Part shown: piece after piece, positions 39,401 to 54,239 of the stretch
Position numbering within the stretch: the stretch's first letter is position 1
Layout: each line of letters opens with the position of its first letter
Assembly (NCBI GenBank): GCA_964016885.1
Contig: OZ024747.1
Span: 75,330,001 to 75,394,000, forward strand
Source of the DNA: Eledone cirrhosa
Taxonomy: Eukaryota
Direction of reading: 5' to 3'
DNA: 64,000 nt
The notes under the pieces: generated by a model
What the model was told of the DNA's origin: nothing
The model's input: the letters and a program-made list of their open reading frames with translations, nothing else
Database searches by the model: none
Translations under genes and position numbers: made by a program

Positions 39401-39994
39401 TATATGTGCATGTGTGTGTGTAGAGAGAAAGAGACTGAGAGGTCTGTTCAGTTATGTCAAGGATACAACACACCCAGAATGCTCTAAAGTGATTGGGTGA
39501 CAGGATGGGCATCCCACCATAGAAAACTTGCTGGTTTAAGTGTCAGGAAGGACTCATCAGCAGTGTCAAAGACATAACAACCTCTGTGGAGCTGATACCA
39601 ATATATATATATAATGTACCAGTTCACATTAAGTGTGGGTAATTATCTAAGCAAAATAGAGTCCCTCAACTATTCTGAGAGGTCAACAGCACTGATTAAG
39701 TACTGACTTAGCCATTGAAGACCCAACCAACCATTACTAACAGGAAGAAAAACACCCTCTGGTGATGTCCAGCAGAAGCAAGGGGGACAACCGTCTATGC
39801 ATTTCAGGCTTAACTGGCCATCGTCAGGACGATCCCTCCCACCACTTGCGACTGCTGGACTAGAAGAGAGGCGAGAATATATACTTTTCTCGTCTGTGTA
39901 AATGAGGTGATTAATCTCATTTGCATATGAAGCTGCATAAGTTGGGCCAACTTATAATAAAAAAGAAATAGGATTTCGCTTCAAGCATAGCTTG

Positions 39995-40863
<869 letters not shown>

Positions 40864-41031
40864 GTTCAAGAGTAAACCAATCTTAAATAGAGAGATGGAG
40901 ATAGGAGAGGAGAGATTGAAGGTATTAGAAGCCAAAAGCGTAAAGGCATGTGCTCAATGTGCAATATGCAGTGGGAAGCAGCTAGAGAACTGGGTTCATG
41001 TAGAGATTAGGTGCACAGAGCTGGAAATATC

Positions 41032-41296
41032 CATTAGTTAAGCAAATCAAGACCACAAAATTCACATGGAAGACGTTAGTTAAAGAGTGTCAACATAGTT
41101 GCAGTTTAGTGTAAGGAATAAAGAGTGTCAACATTAATTGCAGTTTAATGTAAGGAATAATAATGTTCGTTTAGAATTGTTTCACTACTCCATTAAACTG
41201 CAATTAATGTTGACACTCTTTATTCCTTACACTAAACTGCAACTATGTTGACACTCTTCCATATGAATTTTGTGGTCTTGATTTGCTTAACTAATG
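41032..41296. repeat. Long inverted repeat (foldback)
   Basis: 41032-41150 is a near-perfect reverse complement of 41191-41296, apart from one internal indel. Confidence 0.9.
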
Positions 41297-41625
41297 AATA
41301 TATACACACACGCACACTGTAGCCCTTATATCCTATTATCTGGCTATAACTTGAAGAAGCTCAGTACTCTTGATATTTCATCTGTTCATCATCACATTAT
41401 TTATCATTTGTAGGTAACATGACCTTCATGTGTGTCACCCATCGCTCTGCTGCAATGTTACATAAAAAATTTTATATCGCCACTTAAAAAAAAAAAAAAT
41501 ATATATATATATCACTTCATGTGCATTTGATAACCTTCGCTCTCCTTGTCTTGCATTTCTTACCTTTGTAAGATGATAATGAAAGCATTTTTCTCTATAT
41601 ATCTATCTCCAGAAGAAAATATATA

Positions 41626-41680
<55 letters not shown>

Positions 41681-41754
41681 GGTTATGTCTTGGAAACCAC
41701 TACAATGCAAGTGGGGCTGCAAATATTAAGGCAACAAAATTGCATAAGGAATGG

Positions 41755-42040
41755 AAGAGGTGGAGTTCAGTGGAGAAGAGGAAGACAAAACAAGAATAAT
41801 GATTATTTTACCTTGAAAATATTTATTAGTTTTAATATATTTCAGATATAGCATCCATTATCAAATAATTTGTTGGGAACCTTGGAGAATGTCAGAGAGG
41901 TCCTTTCTCTGATCTTTCCAATGGATCGCTTGATAATGGAAGCGACATCCAAAATATATTGAAACTAATAAATATTTCCAAGGTAAAAATATCTCTGATT
42001 CTTCTTCTGTCTTCCTCTTTTCCACTAAACCTCACCTCTC
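41755..42040. repeat. Diverged inverted repeat (foldback/MITE-like)
   Basis: Arms about 41755-41863 and 41930-42040, e.g. ttttaccttgaaaatatttattagtttt versus gaaactaataaatatttccaaggtaaaa. Confidence 0.75.
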
Positions 42041-42555
42041 TAATTTCTCTCCTGTTGTTTTAATATTTACAAACCCCCATTTGTATTCTAGTAGCATCAA
42101 ACAAACTGCTACACTTTCATGATATATTTATATTCTTCAATCCATTCTAGTAAGACCCACTTAATAATGCAACTTCCTGGTCCAAATTGTTGGCCCTCTT
42201 TACCCAACCATTTGCATTGAAAGTGTATGTCCATATCAAACAATGATATGTAATATTTAAAAAGTTTGAAATGCAATGTGAGCTCTAAGTAATTTATTTT
42301 CAAATCAAAAAAATTCCATCTCTTACCCTACTACCGTTATAACGCATGAACTTCATGTCTAACCTGTTGTTTTTTTGTTTTTTTTCCACTGCAATAATCC
42401 GTGTCTGATTCATTCTCACATATTTCAGCTGAATGTTCCCATTTCTCACATCCTGACATGATTCAAATATTTCATGCATGTCCAATCCATTGCATGTTAT
42501 CTTTAGTTTAAGATTTCATTTATCACTCTTTTTTTTTACTCCCTTATGCCCTCAG

Positions 42556-42864
42556 CCCCAGGTGCCCCTCCTTTGGCTGTCAGTGGTATTGCACTTGACT
42601 CACGCAGACTCAACATCACCTGGAAGCCACCACCCCCCACCAAACAAAACGGTAACATCACTGGCTATAAGATAATGTATGTTGAAAATGATGCTGGTAA
42701 AACCGAAAAAGATGCCTTAATAGTTAAAGTGGATGCTGATGTGAACTCTTACATACTGACTGACTTGTCTAAGTGGACTGTTTATAAAATATGGCTTCTA
42801 GCCTACACCAGCATTGGCGACAGTCCTTCATCCCAACCCATCTTAGTGAGCACTGAAGAAGATG
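42556..42864 (+). CDS. Lar: LAR-family RPTP exon, FN3 repeat 4
   Basis: ctcag|CC ... GATG|gtaggt; 309 nt; phase 1-1. APGAPPLAVSGIALDSRRLNITWKPPPPTKQNGNITGYKIMY...LSKWTVYKIWLLAYTSIGDSPSSQPILVSTEED, including the Lar-typical KWT.Y.IW and TEED motifs. Confidence 0.96.
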
Positions 42865-43555
42865 GTAGGTACCAGAAAAATAATCCTAATTTTGAAGTGG
42901 CTTTTGGGTGATTTAACCAGCTTCTTAACAAACGTAACCTTAACAAACTTTACCTCATCAAACATGGCTGATCTGGTTTTCAAAAATAATTACAATTTTC
43001 TCTTCATTAACATTTTATTAATCTTAAGCATAAAATCCAAACTACTATGAATGTTGCATCATTCTACTTCATTTATTTAACAATTGACTCCTCCTCTTCC
43101 ACATCCTCCTCCTCCTCCTCCTCCTTCTCCTTTTTCTTGAAGCTTTTTTTAAAATTCTGAACTAAAAAAAAAATCTTTTTTTTAATGGTTTTTACTTTTC
43201 TTCTCTAATTTATAAACATATTTCACTAAATAAAAAAGATATTTTGATATTGTTATTTTAATTATATATATATTACACACACACACATTCACACATGTCA
43301 GAAACACTGTAAATATTGTATGAATAATTAAATTTCTTTAAAATTCTGTAATATAATTTTAGAAAACTTTATATATCATCATCATCATCATCATCATCAT
43401 ATATATATATATATAAATATATATACACATATTTATATATACATGCTTATATATATATATATGCAGAGGTTATATTTAATTTGTTGGGATTCAACAAGCT
43501 TAAAAAATGTTATAACTGATATAAAGCACTCAACAGTTTAGTGGAGTAAATACAC

Positions 43556-43919
43556 AATATATTAATAAATGGAAACTATATTTATAAAACCATATTTATT
43601 TTATTATACATATTTCAAGGGCCACCAAAGTAATATCTCCACTATCCAGGTTTAATTTAAATAAACCGTTATCTTTTAAACCTTTCGGACACTCATTTGC
43701 ATACTCACTCATAATTTTCTATCACCCTCAATAAATGTAATATCTCCACTATCCAGGAGGCTCCAACCGTTAAGGTTGTGTTTTTTTCCGGGTATGTCAA
43801 TATTTATTTATAAAACAAATCTGTATTCTGATGAAAGTGCACCATAATTTGCCTTGGTGGCCCTTGAAATATGTATAATAAAATAAATATGGTTTTATAA
43901 ATATAGTTTCCATTTATTA

Positions 43920-43926
<7 letters not shown>
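43556..43926. repeat. Perfect 73-bp inverted repeat with a 225-bp spacer
   Basis: 43556-43628 (aatatattaataaatggaaac...caagggccaccaa) versus 43854-43926. Confidence 0.9.
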
Positions 43927-43966
<40 letters not shown>

Positions 43967-44463
43967 TTATATATATACATGCTTATATATATATGTGTGT
44001 GTGTGTAAATATATATATACATATATATATGTGTGTATGTATGTATATATATATATATATATATAAATATAGATACACATATATATATATGTGTGTATGT
44101 ATATATATATACATATATATATATATAATATATTAATAAATGGAAATATATATATACATATATATATTTACATATATATATATATATATATGTATAAATA
44201 TATGCATATATATGTATAAATATATATATATGTATATATACATATATATATATGCATAAATATATATATATGTATGTGTATATATATATATGTATGTGTA
44301 TATATAGATATGTATGTGTATATATATGTATATATATGTATGTATATATATATGTATGTGTATATATATATGTATGTGTATATATATATATATGTATATA
44401 CATATATATATATGTATGTATATCTATATATGTATGTATATCTATCAACATTTAATGCCTATA

Positions 44464-44569
<106 letters not shown>

Positions 44570-45173
44570 ATATGTCAGAAAAATTATAAATAAAGCAATA
44601 AATAAACAAACATCTGGCATAATAGAAAAATCTAGTCTAAATTACACTTCAGAAACAAAGTTAAACCGGTAAAATTAATCCGTTTGTGGGTGATAGTAAA
44701 GTATATTTCTTAAAACCTGATGTCTTTATCTTATCTCTGTTACAGACCAGAAGTAGTAAACTATATCTTTTGAGAACATATACCTCTATTTTATCTGCCT
44801 GTCACCATACACACATCAAAAATATGGAAACATAGTGATCTGATGTTAAAACCTATTTATATATTATTAAATTAGACTTTCAGAATGCTTTGTCAAAATA
44901 TCATTCAGTTTTTAACTAAAAGCTAATTTGAATATATATATATATATAGAGAGAGATTGACAAAGTAAGTTGTTCATTAGCCTACATTTCTCTATGAAAT
45001 ATTTGGAATGTCTTTGGTGATCTCTCTTCAAAATCTTCTCATCTTACTCATATGTATTTTCATCTTCAATCGTAAGTAAAAATTACTTTGTCAAAACTGT
45101 TCCACGTCACACAAAATTTAACCTGTAAGATAGATTACTTTCAAAGAAGCAGTCTGGTTGGAGGGGTGGGGTG

Positions 45174-45219
<46 letters not shown>

Positions 45220-45986
45220 TATTTTAACTTTTCTTCATATTCATTTTAACCATTTTTCATACTACATTTGTATATTTACAAATTTCTTGTAACTGAAAGG
45301 GAATATACCAACTGAAATATTAACACTTCCAGAGTTAAAAGTGTGAAATATTTATTTATTTATTTAATCAATTTAAACGTCCGTATAGAGCTAGTAAGCC
45401 TTGACAAACTAGAGGGAGTATCGAGTACTTACAGTTGAGAGACAAAAACCAAGATATACAGAGATAAGTGAATATAAAAATAAAATTGAAAAAAAAAATT
45501 AATCAAATAAAAATAATTAAAATAGTGAACGCCAACTGGAGGTAAAACATTTAAAAAAAGATAAAAAGAAAAAATGTGAAGCAAGGGAAGCTGTAGATGA
45601 GCTAGGAGGTTATATTACTGTTATGTTTACTAAATATTATATGTCTTTAATTTCTTTTGTGTGTTGTGGGAAAACATCTTAGATATGACTCTTATTGTTT
45701 ATCTAAAATATACTTGAATATAAATATGGTTTCTCATCTATGTAATAGTGACTTGTAGTCAATCTATGATTCGGTTTCAATCTCCTGTTGAAGCAATTGC
45801 TTTTGCTGTGAGAAACATCATGAATCTTACTGCTCTCCGCTGTCTCTTCTGTCTATAATTTCAGATTTTGTTGCCTAATTAAACAAAAGTACATTATTCT
45901 ATATACTATACATGCACCTTTGTTGAGTTGTAGTGCACCTGAGCACTGTACACAATAATTTCATTATTATTATTATATATCCTCAA

Positions 45987-46207
45987 CCCTTTAGCATTTA
46001 AACTGGCCATATCCGGCCACAATTCTCTCACCTCTTTCTGTTCAAACCGGCTGTAACCAGCCGCTCATACTGATATTAAGGTATTGTTCTCAAAATAAAT
46101 GATATCAAAATCTCATAGATTCGATATTATGTGAGATAATTTTGTGAGATAAAGCCTTTACTGTGAAAATATAATAGTATAGATAGAGTAATGTAAATGC
46201 TAAAGGG
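45987..46207. mobile_element. piggyBac-type MITE
   Basis: TCAA|CCCTTTAGCATTTA ... TAAATGCTAAAGGG|TTAA; the interior matches 18040-18239. Confidence 0.82.
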
Positions 46208-48021
46208 TTAAAACATTTATGCTGTAGTTGATACTAGAGTAAATTCTATATTCTGAGGAAAATAATAATAAACAAATATGTATAGGATCTATTTATCAGT
46301 ACTTGCTTTCTTTAACTGTTTCATTACCATACGTCTAATAAAAAACATTGCCTACCATTCTTAAATAATTTTGAATATAATCAGGAATTTGGAGTAACTA
46401 ACATTTTCATTATTAAGTTGATGTTTGGAATATAACTTTAAGGGTCTTACATAAAATTATAATGGAAGGTTGTTATTGGTGGTTTGAAGGAATTTGGTAT
46501 CTTTAAAACAGTGTTGTATCATAAACTATGGATGGTTTGGGGAGTTTGGTATCTATAAAACAATCAGTTTTGTCTCATATAACTATTGCTGGTTTGGGGA
46601 GTTTGGTATCTATAAAACAATCAGTTTTGTCTCATACAACCATGAATTGTTTGAAGGCATTTGGTGATATCAAAAGGTTAATAATATGACTTTCTTAAAA
46701 CTTAATGGGATGTGAAGAGGATAATGATATATTTCTAGATGGAATAATAACCTTATTTTTTGAGTATCCCATTGCTCCATCACCTATTCTTGTTAAACTG
46801 CCATTGTCTATTTTTCAAAACATGGTCTACATATGAGAATTTCTGGGGTTTTTTTCTTCTGTTCAAGCCATTTTTGTCTAGTTTTAAACTGCAGCTCATA
46901 ATCTTGTGTATATAGCATATCTTCTTTTTAAGTGGACCAAACTGTACACTGTAATGAACACTTATTTTTAATAGGAGGGGGGGAGTCCTTCCTCAGACAA
47001 AACTAAATTTGATTGGTCCATTCATTTTATGATATTTTACTTGTGGAGGGGGTCTTTTCTTGTAGTTACTTCTTAGCAATCATAGTAAAACAATATTATA
47101 GAACCATCTTTTTCTTTTAATCTATATTGTAGTAATGAGGTTAATAAAAAAGGAGAAATATCTGCTTATACATCATATTTTGGCCTTTTCAAAGCCTTTT
47201 CATTGTTCAGTCAAACATGTTAATTATAAGAACAGAAAAATGTAATACACATGTCGTCTACATAATATACACTCATGTGGTCTACATAATATACACACTC
47301 ATGTGGTCTGCATAATATACACTCTCATGTGGTTTACCCTTTTACATGTTCCAGTCAACTGGCTGAGGCCATGCTGGGGCACTGCTATTTGCATAATTTC
47401 TTGCCTATTTTGAAATTCTAATTGATTTGATTGCTCTCAAAACGGTAAAAAAAAATTAGACTAAATTAAATTAAAATCCTTTTTAATCTCTGATTAGAAA
47501 CTCTTCATAAATTCCAATTTCATTCAGATTTTAGCTTTACAAAAACAAATGTAAATTGCATGCTAAAATGTTTATTTTCTTTAACCCAGAAATTATTTAA
47601 GTAATTTGCTTCTGATCCCTTTAAAAAAAATAAGATATATATATATATATATATAACTTTAGGGGCCAAAACACTTGCTTGAGAGGGGCTTCTTCTCTGA
47701 AGACCTTCTGTTGTCCAGTTCTCCCGAGAGTTTCTTACCACTAACTTGGGTAGAAATATGTTAATGAATAATAAATAAGATTGTTTTGAGCTTGATCAAA
47801 GGCTGTAGCTGAGTTAGAAGTTTACAAAACACTTCATTTTTCTTGTGTGTTATTTTGGTATAAATCTTGTCCCACCTGTATCCAATGTTGAAGGTGTTGA
47901 TATGCTTGTTGACTCTGTGAGAGTCCTAGCAAGTCATCTCAGTATTTCAGTTAATAGAAAACATGACTGGTAAAATTACTGGTAACCAGTATTCATGCCA
48001 TCTAAAAACAACACAAATTAA

Positions 48022-48545
48022 CCCTTTAGCATTTACATTACTCTATACTATTGTATTTTTGTAGTAAAGGCTTTATCTTACATAATATCTCACATAACAT
48101 TTACATTACTCTCTATATACTATTGTATTTTTGTGGTAAAGGCTTTATCTTACATAATATCTCACATAGCATTTACATTACTCTATATATACTATTGTAT
48201 TTTTGTGGTAAAGGCTTTATCTTACATAATATCTCACATAATATTTACATTACTCTATATATACTATTGTATTTTTGTGGTAAAGGCTTTATCTTACATA
48301 ATATCTCATAGCATTTACATTGTGGTAAAGGCTTTATCTTACATAATATCTCATAGCATTTACATTGTGGTAAAGGCTTTATCTTACATAATTATCTCAC
48401 ATAATATCGAATCTACGAGATTTTGATGCTATTTATTTTGAGAACAATACTTTAACATCAGTATAAGTGGCCAGTTATAGCTGGTGTGAACAGAAAGAGG
48501 TTGAGAGAATTCTGGTCAGATATGGCCGGTTTAAATGCTAAAGGG
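48022..48545. mobile_element. piggyBac-type MITE in opposite orientation with an internal tandem expansion
   Basis: TTAA|CCCTTTAGCATTTAC ... TTTAAATGCTAAAGGG|TTAA; an internal unit of about 72 bp is repeated about 3.5 times, followed by shorter derivative units. Confidence 0.85.
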
Positions 48546-51500
48546 TTAATGTTCCTAAAAACTGTATTCCACTCTTTCTCCCTCCTCTTTAGATTATCTA
48601 CATAAATTGTTACTTTCTTACATTTGAACTACACCCGAGAATAAGTATCTAATTAATCTTTACTGAGACTTTAGCAGCCTACTTCCTAACCTTGAGTGTC
48701 TATATGAAAATCATAGAAAATATGTTCAATAGTTTAATCTGGGATGGGTGTGGGGAAAACTTGACAGAAGTCATGACAATGCCTTCTTGAAAAACTCAAG
48801 CTAAAACAATAGCTTGTTCATGCAGAAAGTGATGTAAATGACAGTAAACAGAAGGGCAAACGTGACAGAACTCATGGCAATGGCTTCTCGAAAAACTCAG
48901 GTGAAAACAATGATTTATTCATGCAGAAAATGGTGTAAATAATAGTAAACAGAATTGTATAAGAGACAGGAATACTTGGCTGGTGAGGAACAATGAGGCA
49001 TTGTTGATATAAGAGTTGCAAGTTGAAAATGTTAAGAAGTTCAATGGAATCTTCTAGAACATTTACTGTTATTCAGTGTGGTTAAATCTGAGATGCTTGG
49101 AGTGTGTCATTTTGATACATTAAATAATGTTAAAGGGAATTGGTTGGGGTGTGTGGAGAGTGAATGAAGAGTGATTGTATTTATATGTATACTATTATAT
49201 ATATTATATAAGCCATTGTTTTAGAGAGGAAAGAAGTAATATTTGGATTCTTCACGAAACTAACAAAGCTATGCTTGTGTATTATATATATATTTAATAC
49301 ATAATGTACTATACATAGAGCACTCTTCTTTCCTTTACCTTTTCTATGGAAATACTTAACATATATACATATAATGTGGTTGTGTGTATGTACACACACA
49401 TTTACAGATAGATAGGAAGACAACACTCTTGCCAGGAATCGGTCATTTCTGGTATAATTAAAGCATTTTAGATTCACCCCTACACACACACACACACACA
49501 CAACACTTCTTTGTGTGTCTTACATCTATGATCCATAATTTCTACATAAAATTTCAATATTCTTTTGATAGATCATAGCATTCGTGTGACAGGCAGACAA
49601 AATATCTATGCAGTTTTTATATTATAGATGGAAATAACAGTTTTCTTTACAATGTTTTAAATAAGAGTTTTATGAGAAATCACTATGGCTTAAACATAAT
49701 TGTAGCTGATATCTTTAATATATTATTAATATAACCTGTTTAGTGAGTTAGTGGTTAAACTATCATTTTCTTAAGTTAGTTAAAGTCTGTTCTAAGCCAA
49801 AGGCTCATCAAGCTGGTGCTTATCCCAGTTTCTTTGGCACTAAGCAACTGAGAGTACAAGACTTCCCCCTGGATAGGATGTTGACCTATTGCAGGTTAAA
49901 CTCCCCAGCTAATGCTGGTACTCACTCATCTCAGCTGAGTGTACTGTAGTAACATGAAATAAAGTGTTTTACTCAAGAACACAACACAGCAGACTGTCTT
50001 GATATCAAACAACAACATTATGATAATATGTCAAACATACTAACCATTAGACCATAAGGAGAAACATTTAATCATGTTGAACCTATGAGATTTTTTGTCT
50101 TGCTAGAAAAATTAGTGAAATCTACCTCAATCTTAGGTTAACATTTTGAAGAAAAAAAAATGTTAAGAAAAATGAATAGATTATATCTGAAATTACAATT
50201 GGATGGTTATGGTTGGAACACCGTTGTTCATACATTTTCTTGATCAAAGGTTAACTTGCAGCACGAAAAGCAGATTTTACTTAACTTTGGTTTATGTTCC
50301 AATCTTGTTACTAGGCATAATACTTATATAAAAGTTAAAACATTAGAGAAAACAATAACACATTCTTGAACAAATATATTTAATGGCCGACAATTGTTTT
50401 GGGAACCATATCATTATTCTTCACATACAGATGATAATTATTGATTATAAAATCAATAATAGTGAATGATATTAAAAAGAAAAGGTTGATATGTTTCATT
50501 AGCCCAGAGGACCAACTTATTCAACCTGTGTCAATGGAAATGAACTGGTTCATTTTCATTGACACAGGTTGAACTTGAGTTGCTCTATATACCTTGGATA
50601 TTTTTACCTGTCTATTACTACTATATATACACACAAGCTCATACATGGAATATTTTTCAAGTGGAATATAAATATATAGTGCATGAGTGAAGAATGAAAA
50701 CTACACAAGTTCCTGTTGGTTTTGTCTACTTTAAATATCTACTATAATGTGTTTATAAACTGTTGCTTGGTTTCTGGAATTTTGAAGAAAAAAAAAGAAT
50801 TTATAAATGGTTGTTGAATAATAATCAGTTTGAAGTTTTAATTAATGTTTGTTAATTAACCGTGAGGTTAATTACAATTCCAGTCTTTCGTTATCTTCTT
50901 TATTTGACTTTTAAACTGATGTTATTAGTTGATATTCTAGCAGCTATGATAGCTTTTTGAACATTTTTACTTTTTTACTTCTAATTATACATGTTCAGTT
51001 AAAAAGAGTATCACTGTGTGTGTGAGTGTATTAGTGTGTATGTGTACACATGAATAAGCCATGATTGGTGAAACATCAAAGCCAATCACAACAACATTCT
51101 GTTCAGAAGATAGGTCACAATTATGATACCTCTTGTATTCTGGAGGTGTGGTTAACATTGGGCCTTGAAACCTTGGATAGCACTTCTGTTCCATGTATGA
51201 ACTTAAATAGATAGTATAATATATATATATTTCTTTATATGAAGATTTGTAGTGAGTGTGGCAGCCCAATTTGAATGTCTGGTGGACTGACCAGTCATGG
51301 TAGAATTCATGAAAGCACACCCCACCTGGTATTGCTAGGAGTCAGTACTCAATCAGAGTTATTGTCTTCTTGGACAGGCCAAGTGAACCTCTTAACATCA
51401 CAGCCATGCCTGCATCATCTGCATGAAAAACTCTAGTTTAATTTATTGGTAACATATTTAATAAAGTAGAGCATGATAAAGGTAATTAGATATAAAGTAG

Positions 51501-52613
51501 TATAGTTAACAAAGCATTGTGAGATTGGAATAAATAAGTTTCAAAAAGCTCGTACAATGTGGTAGAAATAATTATGTTGTGAGGGACTAGAGAACATCAA
51601 TATATAGATATGTTGTCATTGTCATCTTCTTCTTCTTGATCAATGTGAAATAAAGTGTCTTGCTCAAGGACGCAATACATCACCAGGTCCGAGAATCGAC
51701 TCACAATCTCTTGATTGCAAGCCCAACACTTTTACTACTAAGTCATGCGCCTTCATATATTACAGTATACCTCTGTGTTTATGTGCATATTCTACAAAGA
51801 TACTATCACCAAGACCAAACTGATAAAATAGATGTGTATACGGTGTATACACAGAATTATATCAATAATATGGCTTGTAATGTAATATTTGTGTGTGTGT
51901 ACTTGTGTAAGAAGACAAAAAATATAAGAATTTTTTAGGTTTCTGTCATGGGTTTGTGACCAACCGATAGTATCACACATGGAAAGACCACTGGAAACAT
52001 AGTTTCATCACCATAACCATCATCATTGTCATTGTTTTAACATCCTCTTTCCCTGTTAGCAAGGGTTGTAAAAGTCTACAGAGACCATGTCAGTACTGAA
52101 GTGGGGCTACTGATCTCCCAGACAAACCAGGGATCTGCATCTTGCTGCTGTATGGTCTCACATTTTACTGAGTGCACATGAAAGGTTGTCATGTCTTTGA
52201 CACAACTGAAGGATGCTCCCCACCCTTTGTTTGGCAAGCTTTCTATGGCTGGATGCTCTTCCTATCACCAACTACTTTACAACATGTACTTTGGTGCATT
52301 TATTGTGTATATCACCAACACTAGGGAGGCTGTCATGTCCAGATGATCAGCTCCTTTCCAAATTATATTATACTTTGTTAAAACATTTCCTATTACAAAT
52401 AGAAACTATAAATGATATACTGCAATTTGTTGTCGTCATCATCATCGATTAACATCTATCTTCCACGCTAGCATGGATATTAATTAGATGTATTAAATAT
52501 ATTTATATGTTTAATATAAACATTTTATATAATTTCTTTAATTTTGAATTTTGGACAAAACTGTTTGATTTCATTAGAATTGAAACATTAGTTCGTGGTT
52601 GAGATTTAACAAG

Positions 52614-52653
<40 letters not shown>

Positions 52654-53927
52654 AATTTCCACATATATATATATGTATGTGTATGTGTGCATTGAAGTGT
52701 GTGTGTGTACAATTTCCATATATGTGTGTGTGTGTGCATTGAATAATGAAAACAAAACAAAAGTCAGAGATAGATAGTCAATCAGTTAGAAACCTATATA
52801 TATATATATACATACACACAGGCATACATATATATACATTTATACACTTACACATTAGATTAGTCACATAAACATTGAATTATTACATTTTGTTAATAAT
52901 TAACAAAGAACCATAACAGAAAATTGATACAATTGAGTGAATAACAATACTGTTTGCATTTGTGTGTGTGTGTGTGTATGCGTGTGTGAATTTATTTTAA
53001 TCAATAAATGGTCAATAGATGGTTCTGCTACGATACAACAGTATTTGTTTCACTCCACTTGATTTCACATCAAATTTCAAAATATATCTATACAACAAAA
53101 ATTCAATTAATAATTTAATTAAGAAGAAACAAAAAAACAATCCACCAAAGTTTTCATTATTAAGTTGTTAAATTTATGGTCTAATATTTCTCTCTCTGCA
53201 ACTGTTTCTTTGACATGGTGTTGGTTTCTAGCTTCTATATATTAATATTACCTTCATTTAATCAAAATTAGATTGAAAAACTTTTTTTTTTCTGTAATGG
53301 GATTTAAATGATGATTATTTATTCTTAAAGTGGGATATTTTACCATTATTTTAGCTGCATGGATGCTTTTCTTTTTATTATTAACTTCATTTATTCCTAT
53401 TTTATCTGTTTTCTTTCAATCCTTATGTAAGTATGGTTAGCTGTCTAATGTGTTTTCTATTAATTTTTTTTTTCAAATTATAATTTTTTATCCAATGTAT
53501 TATATTAAGCATGATATAAAAGATATCTGAGATGCTTTTTTCATAAATAAAAAAAAAATATTAAGTACAGTCTGATGTTAGTTAAGATCCTTTCTGTTTA
53601 TCTTAGTTTTTGTGATGCTAAACAATTTATGAATTCTTAGGAGTTAAGCATGTCATTTGTCCAGTTTTCTCATTAATGCATGTGCTACATTAGATCATGT
53701 GCTACATTAGATCATGTATGCATATACATGTATGACATATCCTACATTATTTTATTTTTGTCATAAATACTAACATTGATAATCTAAGAAATAAAAAAAA
53801 TAAGTTCTAGTGATAGTAAACTATTCTCTCCACTAACTACTACACTTAGCTCATGTTACATGTTAGTAAAACCACTAAATATACTGCCAGACTAATAGCA
53901 AGGATCTTACCCATCTTTACACTTTAG

Positions 53928-54239
53928 TTCCTGGAGAACCACGGAAAATACGAGCTGAAGCCATCAATTCTACTGCTGTGTTTATAGAATGGAGACATCC
54001 TTCATCAAAAAATAGGAATGGTATAATACGTGGTTATCAAATACAGTATGTTGAAGTAGATGACAATGATAATCCCTCAGGTGACCTCCGCATGACAGAT
54101 ACAACTGATGGCGATAAAACTGAGTATGTGATTACCAATTTAGAGCCGGACACTAGGTACCAGTTTTCTGTTGCGGCGTATACAAGGAAAGGAGATGGAA
54201 TAAGAAGCAGAGCAAAAATAGTGGAAACCAAAGGCGCAG
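53928..54239 (+). CDS. Lar: LAR-family RPTP exon, FN3 repeat 5
   Basis: actttag|TT ... GCAG|gtaacc; 312 nt; phase 1-1. VPGEPRKIRAEAINSTAVFIEWRHPSSKNRNGIIRGYQIQY...LEPDTRYQFSVAAYTRKGDGIRSRAKIVETKGA is a diagnostic Lar FN5 sequence. Confidence 0.97.
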
